Source: Nitrospinota bacterium
GTDB lineage: Bacteria; Nitrospinota; Nitrospinia; UBA9942
Direction: 5' to 3'
DNA length: 38,698 nt
NCBI GenBank assembly: GCA_016234205.1
Contig: JACRGN010000234.1
Location: 1-38,698 of the forward strand
Within the stretch, counting starts at the first letter, position 1. The number at the start of each line of letters is the position of its first letter. The notes beneath the pieces were generated by a model that saw only the letters and a program-made list of their open reading frames with translations, ran no database searches and was not told the DNA's origin. Position numbers and translations under genes: made by a program. Positions 1 through 9,750 of this stretch are shown in pieces.

Positions 1-1146
1 AAATGCCTGCTTAGCCGAATTGCAGTCATTAATTATTGACTGGACATGGGTGACCCTCTGCTTTGCCTTTAACTTCATGATTAAGAGCTCACCTACCTCT
101 TCCATAAGCCTGTCAAGCTTTTCAGAACTGACCCTGACAGTACTTTTTGCCTGAGTGACAGAAGTCTCCTCACCCGGCTTATGCCCTTTTTTAAGTTCAG
201 GTGTTTTTGTTGAAATTTTAGCCGGGGTTGGATTAAATAAATTGATAGAATCAACAAGTTTTTTAAATGCCTTTTGGTCTATATCTTTAGGCAGAACTTC
301 ATCAGAATTCTGCCAATTGTATGGAGGATTCATCTCGCTGCCGATTTGATGGATAAATATTTTTATAAAATCCGCACCTGATAGGAGGGTGCTTATCAAT
401 GGAGCTGTTATAATTATATTCTTGTCCATAACCCCTGATAATATCTGCTCCATGGCGAGAGAGAGTGAGTCCATCTCATTATGCTTAATCATGCGGGCAC
501 TCCCCTTCAGGGCATGTATCTGGTTATAGGCAGCCTCTATCTCCTTCGGCAGGTTCAGGACGCTGTCCTTTTTATTTTGGGGAGATTTTTCAATCTTAAT
601 GAGGCTATTTACAAGGCTCTGATATGAATCGGTTGTCTCTTCCATGAAGAGGTTCATATCCACTGTAACATCTTCCTTCGGCAGGCTCAGGACGCTGTCC
701 TTTTCCTCAACTGCCTTCTGCTTTTTTGTAGCAGGCTTTGAGATTAGCTCACCCTTTGATACCTGCTTTAGCTGTTCAATCAGTGACGAGACATCAACCT
801 CATCTTCTCTGCCCCCCTGTGATATGATTTTTACAATTTCAGCAATGTTTTCCAGACTATTAAAGATTAGATTGGTGATTTCAGTTGAAAGGGTGATTTC
901 ACCCTTTTTAATCTTTCCGAGAATCGTCTCAAGGTTGTGGGAAATTTCCTCTATTGATTTAAAATCAATCATCCGGGCTGCACCTTTAAGGCTGTGTGCA
1001 TCCCGGAGGATTTCCGATAGGAGTGCTGGATTATCAGGATTCTCCTCAAGTGTCAGTATTCCGCTGTTGAGCTTCTGGATATGCTCATCACATTCTATTT
1101 TAAAAATCTCAAACAGCTTTTCAAATTCCTCTTTACTAAAGGTCAT
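1..1146 (-). CDS. cheA: CheA-type chemosensory histidine kinase, N-terminal part (two Hpt domains and start of dimerization domain); runs off the window edge
   Basis: Not in the ORF track; translated by hand from ATG at 1146: MTFSKEEFEKLFEIFKIECDEHIQKL...RDAHSLKGAARM (Hpt1) ...QIHALKGSARM (Hpt2) ...STVRVSSEKLDRLMEEVGEL (dimerization motif). Frame is open to base 1. Confidence 0.92.
   Translation of the reverse strand, partial: MTFSKEEFEKLFEIFKIECDEHIQKLNSGILTLEENPDNPALLSEILRDAHSLKGAARMIDFKSIEEISHNLETILGKIKKGEITLSTEITNLIFNSLENIAEIVKIISQGGREDEVDVSSLIEQLKQVSKGELISKPATKKQKAVEEKDSVLSLPKEDVTVDMNLFMEETTDSYQSLVNSLIKIEKSPQNKKDSVLNLPKEIEAAYNQIHALKGSARMIKHNEMDSLSLAMEQILSGVMDKNIIITAPLISTLLSGADFIKIFIHQIGSEMNPPYNWQNSDEVLPKDIDQKAFKKLVDSINLFNPTPAKISTKTPELKKGHKPGEETSVTQAKSTVRVSSEKLDRLMEEVGELLIMKLKAKQRVTHVQSIINDCNSAKQAF
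542..704. repeat. 31-bp direct repeat (542-572 and 674-704) inside cheA, translated as KDSVL(N/S)LPKE
   Basis: tccttcggcagg(t/c)tcaggacgctgtcctttt occurs twice, 132 nt apart, with one mismatch. Confidence 0.85.
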
Positions 1147-1159
1147 AGAGTGATAAAAC

Positions 1160-1218
1160 ACAGTTCAAACCGTTCCAGCGGTTTAATCGGCTTAAACGGT
1201 TTGAACGGTTGAAACTGC
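1160..1218. repeat. Degenerate 9-mer tandem/inverted repeat overlapping the MCP stop codon
   Basis: gttcaaacc.gttccagcg.gtttaatcg.gcttaaacg.gtttgaacg.gttgaaact; encodes the MCP tail AVSTVQTV. Confidence 0.7.
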
Positions 1219-2721
1219 TTGTTCGGCCCTCTTAAGACTTCGTCTATCAACCAGCTCTTGTAAATTCTGTGCAATCAAGTGCAGGTCTTTTATGGCATTG
1301 CTTGTTTCCTTCATGCCGTTATTGATATGAGTCATAGCCTCGGCTACCTGGTCATTTGCAAGGGATTCCTGCCTTGATGCAATGCTGATTTCATTGGCTG
1401 AATCTGCAGTTGTCTGGATTATAGTAATAGAATTATTAATGGTTAAACCCACCTCTAAAATATGGCTGACCCCGGCATCTACCTTTTTTGCCCCCTCTTC
1501 AGTTGCAAGGACTGTGGAATTGACAGAGGACTGTATCTCCTGAATAAGGGTGGAAATCTTCTCTGTAGCCTTCTTGCTCTGGTCTGCAAGGGATCTCACC
1601 TCAGATGCGACTACTGCAAAACCCTTTCCATGCTCCCCTGCCTTTGCAGCCTCTATTGAGGCATTTAATGCAAGCATATCGGTCTTATTAGCTATATCCT
1701 CTACAACATTTATAATCATCCCTATCTGATTTGTCTTTTCACTTAATGACAGAACCTCTTCAGCAATTGTCCCGACCTTATCTTTTATCAGATTCATTTC
1801 TGAGATACTTTTTTCCACTGCCTTCTGCCCTTCCTGTGCGATAGAGAGGGATTCTTTAGACTGCTGTGCAAGGAATTCTGATTTTGAGAATACCTGCTTT
1901 GATGATGCATTCAGCTCTTCTACGGTCGTAGTTACCTGGTTGACAGATGATGCCTGCTGTGAAGTAACCTGCTCCTGCTGGGTTACTGCTGATGTGATTT
2001 TAAAGATAACCTCTGTTATAGGTTTTATGACTATCTTTTGAATAAGATAACTCATAGTAATGCTGATTGCTATAATTATGATGACAGTACCTATAATCCC
2101 GTTAATAGCATCACTTTTTATATCACGCAAAAGTTCAGCCCTTGATGCCGAAATCTGGAGGACTCCCCGTACAGGGTTGTTTTCATATCCATGGCAGGTA
2201 AGACAGCGGTCATCCCTGACAATCGGTATTAAACTGGTATAAACAGGTTCTCCATCAATCGTTTCATTATAGGTAACTTCACCGACAGTCTGCACAGCCT
2301 TGTTGAACTTATCTGCATTTATGTTAATCGGCCTGTCCTGTGGTTTGGAGATTAGTTTCTGCGGAAATGCCTTTGAATTGAGATAGCTGTTGACCTTATC
2401 TATTGTAGAGTTGTCGGAAAACGCCTCAGCTTTATTGGTGCGGAGCAGACGGACCTGCTTAAAACTCCCGGAGTTCTGGATGTTTGTAAGCCAGTTCGAG
2501 ACATTTTCTGCATTACCGGTAACCATTTCCTCCCTGATGACATTGGTGACTGTGGAGGTGAAGAGGTCTATCTTTGCCCGCTCGGCACTCTCCATATCTT
2601 TCATATCGTGTTTGATGTTTAAATAAGTTGTTATGCTGAAACCAATAATGAGTGTAAGTGTTACAGTCAAAACGAGCTGCCTTTGTAGTCTGCTAAAATT
2701 TAAAAAAGATAAAATTTTCAT
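1192..2721 (-). CDS. Methyl-accepting chemotaxis protein with periplasmic c-heme (CLTCH) sensor domain
   Basis: Two TM helices flank a periplasmic domain containing CLTCHG; MCP hairpin tip IANKTDMLALNASIEAAKAGEHGKGFAVVASEVRSLA; SD aggag upstream. Confidence 0.93.
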   Translation of the reverse strand: MKILSFLNFSRLQRQLVLTVTLTLIIGFSITTYLNIKHDMKDMESAERAKIDLFTSTVTNVIREEMVTGNAENVSNWLTNIQNSGSFKQVRLLRTNKAEAFSDNSTIDKVNSYLNSKAFPQKLISKPQDRPININADKFNKAVQTVGEVTYNETIDGEPVYTSLIPIVRDDRCLTCHGYENNPVRGVLQISASRAELLRDIKSDAINGIIGTVIIIIAISITMSYLIQKIVIKPITEVIFKITSAVTQQEQVTSQQASSVNQVTTTVEELNASSKQVFSKSEFLAQQSKESLSIAQEGQKAVEKSISEMNLIKDKVGTIAEEVLSLSEKTNQIGMIINVVEDIANKTDMLALNASIEAAKAGEHGKGFAVVASEVRSLADQSKKATEKISTLIQEIQSSVNSTVLATEEGAKKVDAGVSHILEVGLTINNSITIIQTTADSANEISIASRQESLANDQVAEAMTHINNGMKETSNAIKDLHLIAQNLQELVDRRSLKRAEQAVSTVQTV

Positions 2722-2798
2722 CCTGTTTCTCCTCCTATTAAATAATTGAATATTATTAGAAACCGATTATAACATAAGCCACAGAACAAAAACATAAA

Positions 2799-2866
2799 AG
2801 TGTGAATGTCAGTGTGAGTGTCAGTAAAAAATAATTCCTTTAACTGACACTGACACTATCACTGAT
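2799..2866. repeat. Hexamer (gtcagt)n / (actgac)n inverted tandem-repeat hairpin
   Basis: gtgtgaatgtcagtgtgagtgtcagtaaaa...actgacactgacactatcactga; the same family recurs six more times in the window. Confidence 0.8.
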
Positions 2867-2881
2867 TTTTGTCCTTACTGT

Positions 2882-3583
2882 TTATACATCTTCATTAACA
2901 ATTAATCTCTCATCATTTAATAGCTCCTCTACATCAATAATCCAGAGGGATGCATTATTTATAGGAAACTCATGCTTGATAATCTTATTTCTTTCAAGGA
3001 AGATTGATGATACCGGCTGGATACTATCTTTGGAGAGTTCATATAAAGTGCCAAAACTATCAATCCAAATACCTGCCCTTATTCCGCCATTGCCGAATAT
3101 AAGGATTTTATGCACCCCCTTCTCCATTCCCCCCTTAGAGAGGCGGGGCAGGTCATTATTTTTTTTCTCAGGCAATTCTTTTTGGATTTTCCCGGCTGAA
3201 GGATTAAGCAATGAGCTCAGATTTAGAACGGTTAAGATGCCCCCCCTCAAGTTTATCAGTCCTGATATTACTTGAGGTGTGCAGGGGATATGGGTGATTT
3301 TATCAACTTCATAGACCTCGTTGAGATACTTTATATCAATTCCATACAATTCATTTCCGATATTAAAAGAGATGATTTTTATTAAATCTTTGCCATCATC
3401 AGATTTCTTTTCAATCCGGCTAAGTTTGTCAGCCCTTTCCTTGAAAATCTTTTCCTTTTCACTGTCAGATATCTTTCCCAGTAGCTCTGACTTCTTCTGA
3501 ATCTCCTTAGCCCTTTTCTTGATCTTTTCCCAGATATCTGTTTCTGCTTTTACAATAATTTCTTTTCTTTTATTTTTATGCAT
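2882..3583 (-). CDS. cheW: CheW adaptor with N-terminal charged extension
   Basis: IISFNIGNELYGIDI...ITHIPCTPQVISGLINLRGGILTVLNL; N-terminal IFKERADKLS segment. Confidence 0.9.
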   Translation of the reverse strand: MHKNKRKEIIVKAETDIWEKIKKRAKEIQKKSELLGKISDSEKEKIFKERADKLSRIEKKSDDGKDLIKIISFNIGNELYGIDIKYLNEVYEVDKITHIPCTPQVISGLINLRGGILTVLNLSSLLNPSAGKIQKELPEKKNNDLPRLSKGGMEKGVHKILIFGNGGIRAGIWIDSFGTLYELSKDSIQPVSSIFLERNKIIKHEFPINNASLWIIDVEELLNDERLIVNEDV

Positions 3584-3603
3584 AGGAAATTATAAAAACA
3601 TAT

Positions 3604-3685
3604 ATCCGCAGATTACGCAGATTAACGCAGATTAAAACAAAATATTTTTTAAAAAATCTGCGAAAATCTGCGTAATCTGCGGATT
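3604..3685. repeat. Inverted tandem repeat (cgcagatta)n / (aatctgcg)n
   Basis: atccgcagattacgcagattaacgcagatt ... aatctgcgaaaatctgcgtaatctgcggat. Confidence 0.85.
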
Positions 3686-3703
3686 ATTCAGTTTTTTGTT
3701 CCA

Positions 3704-4150
3704 TTATACCTCAAGTTTTACAAATTCCTCTTTTTCTCTAAGACTAAGTATGTTATCCGGATTCAGAGAGATTATCAAATCCTTGCCAATCTGGGCAGTT
3801 GCAAATATGTATCTTATATCAATTCCGTTGATTATATCAGGAGGGGGGGTAAAGAGGTTGTCAGGTATATCCGTTATAGAGAGGGTATCATCAACAATAA
3901 AGCCCGCCACTTTATTGTGTGCATTGACGATGATAATATCATTGTTGAGTTCATAAGGGCTTGCACCAATCCCGAGCCTCTCTTTCAGGTCAATAACAGG
4001 AATTGCATTTCCCCTTAAATTGATGATTCCACGGATAAATGACGGAAGCCTTGCAATTGAGGTAATTGCAGGGAGGGGGATAACCTCTTCAACTACCGAT
4101 ATATTAATTGCGTAACGGACATCGTTTAAGAGGAATATGACAAAGTTCAT
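3704..4150 (-). CDS. cheW: CheW adaptor
   Basis: FLLNDVRYAINISVVEEVI...LPSFIRGIINLRGNAIPVIDLKERLG...GFIVD. Confidence 0.93.
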   Translation of the reverse strand: MNFVIFLLNDVRYAINISVVEEVIPLPAITSIARLPSFIRGIINLRGNAIPVIDLKERLGIGASPYELNNDIIIVNAHNKVAGFIVDDTLSITDIPDNLFTPPPDIINGIDIRYIFATAQIGKDLIISLNPDNILSLREKEEFVKLEV

Positions 4151-4161
4151 GCAATAACTTC

Positions 4162-4238
4162 AGTCTAAAAGTCTAAGAGTCTAAGAGTCTAAGAGTTGTT
4201 TCACTTTTAGACTTTTAGACTTTTAGGCTCTTAGACTT
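4162..4238. repeat. Octamer (agtctaag)n / (ttttagac)n inverted tandem repeat
   Basis: agtctaaaagtctaagagtctaagagtctaagagt ... acttttagacttttagacttttaggctcttagact. Confidence 0.85.
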
Positions 4239-4251
4239 CTTTTTCTTTTGT

Positions 4252-5778
4252 TCATGCAGTCCGGAACTTTAATTCAACAAGGTTTAAGAGTTCTCTAACC
4301 GTCAGGTGTTCAGCCTGGAAGACGATTTCATCAGACGGCTTTGACGATAATAGGTCACTTGCTATCTTAAAGCAGTCTTTTGCCTGTGAATGCAGATACA
4401 TCAGGGTATAAATATTTCCAAGCGTAAAATAACCGAGTGTGAAATTTGTGTCAATATAGATTACCTTTTTCAGCTTCTCCACAGCCTCATTATATTCCTT
4501 CCTCTCAAGGTGAATCAGTGCGAGTGAATAATATGCCTCTTTGAAGAGGGGGTCTATCTCAATACAGCGGTTTCCCCATTTAACAGCCTCTTCAAAGTGC
4601 CCCCTGTTGGCTGACATATGGCAAAGCATCCAAGATGCTCTCACATTTTTCGGATTGGTGTCAAGGATTTTGAAGAACCTGTCAATAGCGAAGTCATAAT
4701 TACTGTTGTTGTAATACTTTATAGCCTCATTAAATATGATTGTCTCCTCCTTTAAGTTATTCCTATGCTCAGATAAATTGAGATTATCAGATGTTTTCGG
4801 TATTGCCGAACTGCTCTTTTTGATAATATTCAGCAGATTGTCCGTTTCCTTGAAAGGCTCTATTTTTAAAGATTTTATTTGTGCTGGAACATTTTTTTTG
4901 TTTTTATTTCCATTAACTGATTTTTGATAGACAATACCGTTCGGAAATACCCGGCTTATAAATTTGCTGTAGTTATCAGCAGAGTATTCGGCATGGCCTA
5001 CAACGAGGTATCCGCCATCCTTAAGGGAGTTATAGAAGTTTAAGGCAAGCCCCATCGTTGTTTCTTTTTTAAAATAGATGGTGACATTTCTGCAGATAAT
5101 AATATCAAATTTCTCATCATCTCCGTTCCCATTTGAAGGCGAGTTATCTGAAATAAGGTTATGGTGGATAAACTGAACAAGTGACCTGTAATCTTCCTTT
5201 ATTTTATATTTATCGCCCTTTTTATAAAAATATTTATTGACAATATCTATGTCAACACCCCTGAAAGACCATTGACTGTATTCCCCTTTCCTTGCAGTGC
5301 TGATTGCCGTCTCATCAATATCTGAAGCAATGATGTTAATCTTCCATGTTTCTATTTTTGGAATAAGTTCTTTCAGCATAATTGCCATAGAGTATGGCTC
5401 TTCGCCTGTTGAACAAGCCGCACTCCAGATAGAGATAGCTCTGGAATTGGATGACTCTCTTTTAATTAACTCGGGAAAGATATGATTCTTCAATATATCA
5501 AAGTCCATCTTTCCCCTGAAGAAGTAGGTCTCATTTGTTGTCAGGCAGGAAATCAATTTTTTAAAGTAACTGTCCTCGCTCTTTGAGGTGAGGTGTAGAA
5601 TATATTCACTGAAGGAATTTGACATGGAATCAAGAAAATTTTCATATATGGGTTTTTCTAAGGTGAGGATTTTTGATTCAGGAAAGAATATGCCTGTCCT
5701 CTTCTGTATTAAATCCCTTATGATAAGCAGGTTTTCTTTATTGATAATATCTCTATTTTCTTTTACAATCATAACCAT
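4252..5778 (-). CDS. cheR: CheR methyltransferase fused to C-terminal TPR repeats
   Basis: LTTNETYFFR, IWSAACSTGEEPYSMA, FDIIICRNVTIYF, GGYLVVGHAE, then TPRs. Start moved from TTG 5799 to ATG 5778 (5772 also possible). Confidence 0.92.
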   Translation of the reverse strand: MVMIVKENRDIINKENLLIIRDLIQKRTGIFFPESKILTLEKPIYENFLDSMSNSFSEYILHLTSKSEDSYFKKLISCLTTNETYFFRGKMDFDILKNHIFPELIKRESSNSRAISIWSAACSTGEEPYSMAIMLKELIPKIETWKINIIASDIDETAISTARKGEYSQWSFRGVDIDIVNKYFYKKGDKYKIKEDYRSLVQFIHHNLISDNSPSNGNGDDEKFDIIICRNVTIYFKKETTMGLALNFYNSLKDGGYLVVGHAEYSADNYSKFISRVFPNGIVYQKSVNGNKNKKNVPAQIKSLKIEPFKETDNLLNIIKKSSSAIPKTSDNLNLSEHRNNLKEETIIFNEAIKYYNNSNYDFAIDRFFKILDTNPKNVRASWMLCHMSANRGHFEEAVKWGNRCIEIDPLFKEAYYSLALIHLERKEYNEAVEKLKKVIYIDTNFTLGYFTLGNIYTLMYLHSQAKDCFKIASDLLSSKPSDEIVFQAEHLTVRELLNLVELKFRTA

Positions 5779-5809
5779 CTCGTAAAAAGTCAAGAACAAA
5801 GACTTGATT

Positions 5810-5868
5810 TTAGACAGGATATACAGGATAAAAAATATTCAAAAATTAATCCTGTTAATCCTGTCAAA
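5810..5868. repeat. Inverted tandem repeat (acaggat)n / (atcctgt)n
   Basis: gacaggatatacaggata ... aatcctgttaatcctgtc. Confidence 0.75.
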
Positions 5869-5882
5869 TTTTTATAATTTCC

Positions 5883-8294
5883 TTAAGTAAACAGGTTAAT
5901 TTGTGAATTATCAGTATCATCAACTATATAATCAGCTGTTATCATCTCTTTGCTCTCAGAGTAATTCTCTTTAATACTTATACTTTCTACAATTGGAAAT
6001 GTTAAGACAAAAGATGTCCCTTTCCCCTCATCCGAAATCACATCTATATGCCCGTTATATTTTGTGACAATCTTATAAACTACATATAGCCCTAAGCCGG
6101 TTCCTTTGCCCACAGGTTTTGTGGTGAAGAATGGAGTGTATATCTGTGTTAAGTTATTTTTTTTGATTCCTATTCCAGTATCTGTAACAACTGCCTTAAT
6201 AGAATCGCCATTTTTATAGCAGCTCAATATTAACTTCCCCCCTTTTTCTTCCATTGCATGTATTGAATTTATTATAAGATTTATAAAAACTTGCTGCATC
6301 TCTCCGGCATTGGCACTCGTCCAGCACCCCTTTTTCAAGTCAGAGATAATAGTTATTGAAGAAAAATCAATAGTATGTTTTGCCATCTTGATAGAGTTTT
6401 CAAGTATGACTGCCATATCAATTGTTGATATGGATTCATTTTGTGTTTGTCGGGAATAGGTTAGTAATTCTTTTACGATAGCTGTGGTTTCAATTGTATA
6501 ACGGACTATATCTTTTGCATAGGAATTCACCTTTATTAGATCATTTTCATCAAGAATAGCCTCTGCCATACCCAGGATACCTGCAAGCGGATTGTTTATC
6601 TCATGGGCAATTCCAGAGGCAAGTGTTCCAATGCCAGCCATCTTTTCAGATTGGATCAATTTAAATTGAAGCATCCTCTCCTCTGAAATGTCTTTAGATA
6701 TTCCGACAGTCCCGACAATCTCTCCTGCATCGTTCTTTAGTTGTGAGATAGTTAGACTTACATGATGGACATTGCCATTTCTTGACAGTAAACATATCTC
6801 CCTGTTTCTGACTACACCAAATTTATTTACAAGTTCCATTATAGCTTTTCGCTCATCAGAATTTTGATAGAGGAGGGTGGCAGGTTTATTTATGATTGCA
6901 TCTTTTTTATAGCCAAGCCTTTCCTCTGCCTCGGGATTAAATTCCACAATGTTGCCGTTAATATCTGTTGTTATAATTATATCCTTTGAATGTTCAACAA
7001 TTTTTTCAAGATGGTTTTTTGTCTTATAAAGCTCCTGGTATGTCTTTTCAAGATTAAGATTTTTTTCGGATATTTCAATCAGTTTTGATTCCAGTTCCTG
7101 TTTATAGTTTTCTACCTCTAATTGTTTTTTATTCAGGCTTATGGACATCTCCCTGATTGAACGGGCAAGGTCTCCAATCTCATCGGTCCTCTTGAGTTCA
7201 TAATCATTACCCTTTTGATAGTTGCCGTGTGAAATCTCTCTGGCAATTGACTTCATTTCAATCAGAGGTGCTGCCACCCGTCTTGATACCTGTGAAACTA
7301 AAAATAAAATAATGCCGATACCTGCAATTGTGAATATGATAATTATACTAAGGAGTCTGTAAATTGGTGCGTAAGCCTCATCAATGTCCATCTTGACTAC
7401 CAATCCCCAATTGAGGTCGGGTATATGTCTATATGCGGCAAGGACATGTCTTTTCCTGTAGTCTATTCCTTCGGTAATACCATTCTTTCCTGCAATGGCC
7501 AGCGTTGATGGTGTTTCTTCCGGCAGTTTATATTTCAATGCACTCTCTTTTAAAAACTTAAGATTCAATAATGTTATATTATCCTTGTTGACCAGTATCT
7601 CTTCTCCTGTCTCGCCCATTCCTGATGTCTCTTCAACCAATGGCTCTAATATTTCATTTACCTTTATTTTTGCAACTACGACACCGGCAACAACACCATG
7701 TTCCGCCCCGCGGTAATCGTATATGACATCTGAAAATGTAATAATAGGCTGTTTAAATCTATCGGAATAATAGACATCCTTTATATAAACTTCCCCTTGT
7801 GAAATCGGTATCTTAAAGTAATCATTATTTGATTCATCTATATCAAGCCTGTCAGCATTAGTAGAGAGGACTACATGTCCTGTGGTATCTAAAATAAATA
7901 TCTCAGAAAATACGCCAAATTGACTGATTGTCATATTCAAGAAAGAGGTGATGGTGCTGTATTCCTCACTCCCTGTATATTTAGCCGGTGGAAACCCTCT
8001 ATGCTCATAATCTTTTTTAATCAATAGAAGTTTTGATAAATTTATTTCCATAAATCTATTATGGGCAATCATCTCTGTATCGTTAAACCTCTCTATGAAC
8101 CAGTTCCTGATTTTTTTTTCCTTGCCATCAGCGATATTGCTCAATTGATTGAATATTTTTCCCCTCAGGATGGACTCCCCCTCTTTATAGATTGTGTAAC
8201 CTAATATAATAAATGGCAGGATTGAAATAAGAAGGAAGATAATGATAAGTTTATTTCGGATGGTGAAAATGCGGTTTGTTTCTTCCTGTTTCAT
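5883..8294 (-). CDS. Sensor histidine kinase (Cache-like periplasmic domain, HAMP, PAS, HisKA, HATPase)
   Basis: Two TMs; DEIGDLARS (HAMP); DIIITTDINGNIVEFNPEAE (PAS); GIAHEINNPL H-box; QQVFINLIINS, DTGIGI, PFFTTK, GTGLGL. Confidence 0.93.
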   Translation of the reverse strand: MKQEETNRIFTIRNKLIIIFLLISILPFIILGYTIYKEGESILRGKIFNQLSNIADGKEKKIRNWFIERFNDTEMIAHNRFMEINLSKLLLIKKDYEHRGFPPAKYTGSEEYSTITSFLNMTISQFGVFSEIFILDTTGHVVLSTNADRLDIDESNNDYFKIPISQGEVYIKDVYYSDRFKQPIITFSDVIYDYRGAEHGVVAGVVVAKIKVNEILEPLVEETSGMGETGEEILVNKDNITLLNLKFLKESALKYKLPEETPSTLAIAGKNGITEGIDYRKRHVLAAYRHIPDLNWGLVVKMDIDEAYAPIYRLLSIIIIFTIAGIGIILFLVSQVSRRVAAPLIEMKSIAREISHGNYQKGNDYELKRTDEIGDLARSIREMSISLNKKQLEVENYKQELESKLIEISEKNLNLEKTYQELYKTKNHLEKIVEHSKDIIITTDINGNIVEFNPEAEERLGYKKDAIINKPATLLYQNSDERKAIMELVNKFGVVRNREICLLSRNGNVHHVSLTISQLKNDAGEIVGTVGISKDISEERMLQFKLIQSEKMAGIGTLASGIAHEINNPLAGILGMAEAILDENDLIKVNSYAKDIVRYTIETTAIVKELLTYSRQTQNESISTIDMAVILENSIKMAKHTIDFSSITIISDLKKGCWTSANAGEMQQVFINLIINSIHAMEEKGGKLILSCYKNGDSIKAVVTDTGIGIKKNNLTQIYTPFFTTKPVGKGTGLGLYVVYKIVTKYNGHIDVISDEGKGTSFVLTFPIVESISIKENYSESKEMITADYIVDDTDNSQINLFT

Positions 8295-8308
8295 TTAAAA
8301 ATACCTTC

Positions 8309-8412
8309 TTGCCACAGAGAACACAGAGTTCACAGAGGAAAAAATAAAAGACTAAAAATCTGTGTCCTATTTGATTTAATTTCTCTGCTTTTCTCTGTGC
8401 CCTCTGTGGCTA
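8309..8412. repeat. Inverted tandem repeat (cacagag)n / (ctctgtg)n
   Basis: gccacagagaacacagagttcacagagg ... ttctctgcttttctctgtgccctctgtggc. Confidence 0.82.
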
Positions 8413-8424
8413 ATTAAGTTTTTG

Positions 8425-9504
8425 TTATGTATCTGAGTTTTTATGAAAATGTCCCCTGTTATTGATTAAATGCTGAACAATTGTCGGGTCTAATTTTGTC
8501 CCTGATATATTTTTAATCTCAGTAATCGCATTCTCTGTGGAAAGGGATTTACGATATGGCCGGTTGCTTGTCAACGCATCAAATACATCAGCTACTGCAA
8601 TAATCCGTGAGAGGAGGGGAATCTGGCCATCTTTCAATCCGTCCGGGTAACCTGTTCCGTCATAATTTTCATGGTGATGCTTTATAATCTTGCTTACATT
8701 TTTAAATGAGCTTATCTCAGAGATAATCTTTTCACCAATTAAAGAGTGTTCTTTTATCATATTAAACTCTTTTTCACTAAGGGCATCTATCTTGTTCAGG
8801 ATAGAATCGGCAATTCCTATCTTGCCAAGGTCGTGCAGGAGAGCGGCGAATTCAAGGTCGGTCTTTTCCTCTTCTGAAATACTAAGTAATTCACCAATCT
8901 TAAGGCAGGTGAAACGCATCCTGTCACAATGCCCCCTTGTATATTTATCCTTCGCCTCAATTGCCTCGGCAAGCACCTTTACCATCTGGAAATTCATTTT
9001 CTGCAGTGTTTCATAAGCATTCTCAAGTTCAATCGTTTTATTATTAAGCTCATCTGTCCTCATCTCTACCTTCTTTTCTAAGAGGGTGCGATATTCCATA
9101 TTCTCTCTTTCTAATTTTTTATTTTGAATCAGGAGGTCTCTGTTGTGCAGGGCGTTCTGGACAGTATTTAAGAGGTGTTCTTTTGTAATCGGCTTTATAA
9201 GGAAATCAAAGGCACCCATCTTCATGGCGTCAATGGTAATATTTAAGTCCATCAAGCCTGTAAGGATTAGGACAGGAATATCATCATAATTCTTTTTAAC
9301 ATATTCCAGTATCTGAAGCCCATTTACCTCCGGCATTCTAATGTCACTGATGACAAGCTCGTAATTGTTATTTTTAAGCTCATCAAATATCCCGGAGCCA
9401 CCGGCTGACTGGATGACTGAATAGTTTCCCTTGGTTAAATGGATAGAGAGGGTCTTTCTTATAATCTCTTCATCGTCTATAACGAGGATTGGTCTTTTTT
9501 GCAT
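8425..9504 (-). CDS. Response regulator with HD-GYP domain (probable c-di-GMP phosphodiesterase)
   Basis: REC (ILVIDDE...SDIRMP...KP); YTRGHCDR, LLHDLGKIG, HHHENYDGTGYPDGL, DVFDALTSNRPYR. Confidence 0.93.
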   Translation of the reverse strand: MQKRPILVIDDEEIIRKTLSIHLTKGNYSVIQSAGGSGIFDELKNNNYELVISDIRMPEVNGLQILEYVKKNYDDIPVLILTGLMDLNITIDAMKMGAFDFLIKPITKEHLLNTVQNALHNRDLLIQNKKLERENMEYRTLLEKKVEMRTDELNNKTIELENAYETLQKMNFQMVKVLAEAIEAKDKYTRGHCDRMRFTCLKIGELLSISEEEKTDLEFAALLHDLGKIGIADSILNKIDALSEKEFNMIKEHSLIGEKIISEISSFKNVSKIIKHHHENYDGTGYPDGLKDGQIPLLSRIIAVADVFDALTSNRPYRKSLSTENAITEIKNISGTKLDPTIVQHLINNRGHFHKNSDT

Positions 9505-9516
9505 ATTAAAATTATA

Positions 9517-9578
9517 AGTGTCAGTGTCAGTGTCAGTTAAAGGAATTGTTTTTTTCTCACACTGACACTTACACTTAC
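9517..9578. repeat. Hexamer (gtcagt)n / (actgac)n hairpin
   Basis: agtgtcagtgtcagtgtcagt ... ctcacactgacacttacacttac. Confidence 0.8.
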
Positions 9579-9718
9579 GCTTTAAGTTTTTGTGCTATAT
9601 ACAACACTACTTGTATCAAAAGACACAAGAACTAATAATAGATATAACAAATAAGGTTATTTTTCGGTATTGTTTTTTGAATAGATGTTAATTATAATAA
9701 CCTATCATATTTAATGTA

Positions 9719-9734
9719 TCCAATTATCATGCCA
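9719..9734 (-). promoter_or_regulatory. Possible variant sigma54 promoter facing the minus-strand signalling operon
   Basis: Minus strand reads TGGCATGATAATTGGA, 14/16 identical to the site at 14786, but with GG instead of GC at -12. Confidence 0.35.
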
Positions 9735-9750
9735 AAGTAAAGAAATTGCA

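Noticed and set aside
155-1153. Plus-strand ORFs 155..349 and 644..1153
   Set aside because: Antisense shadows of the minus-strand cheA frame, which has clear Hpt motifs
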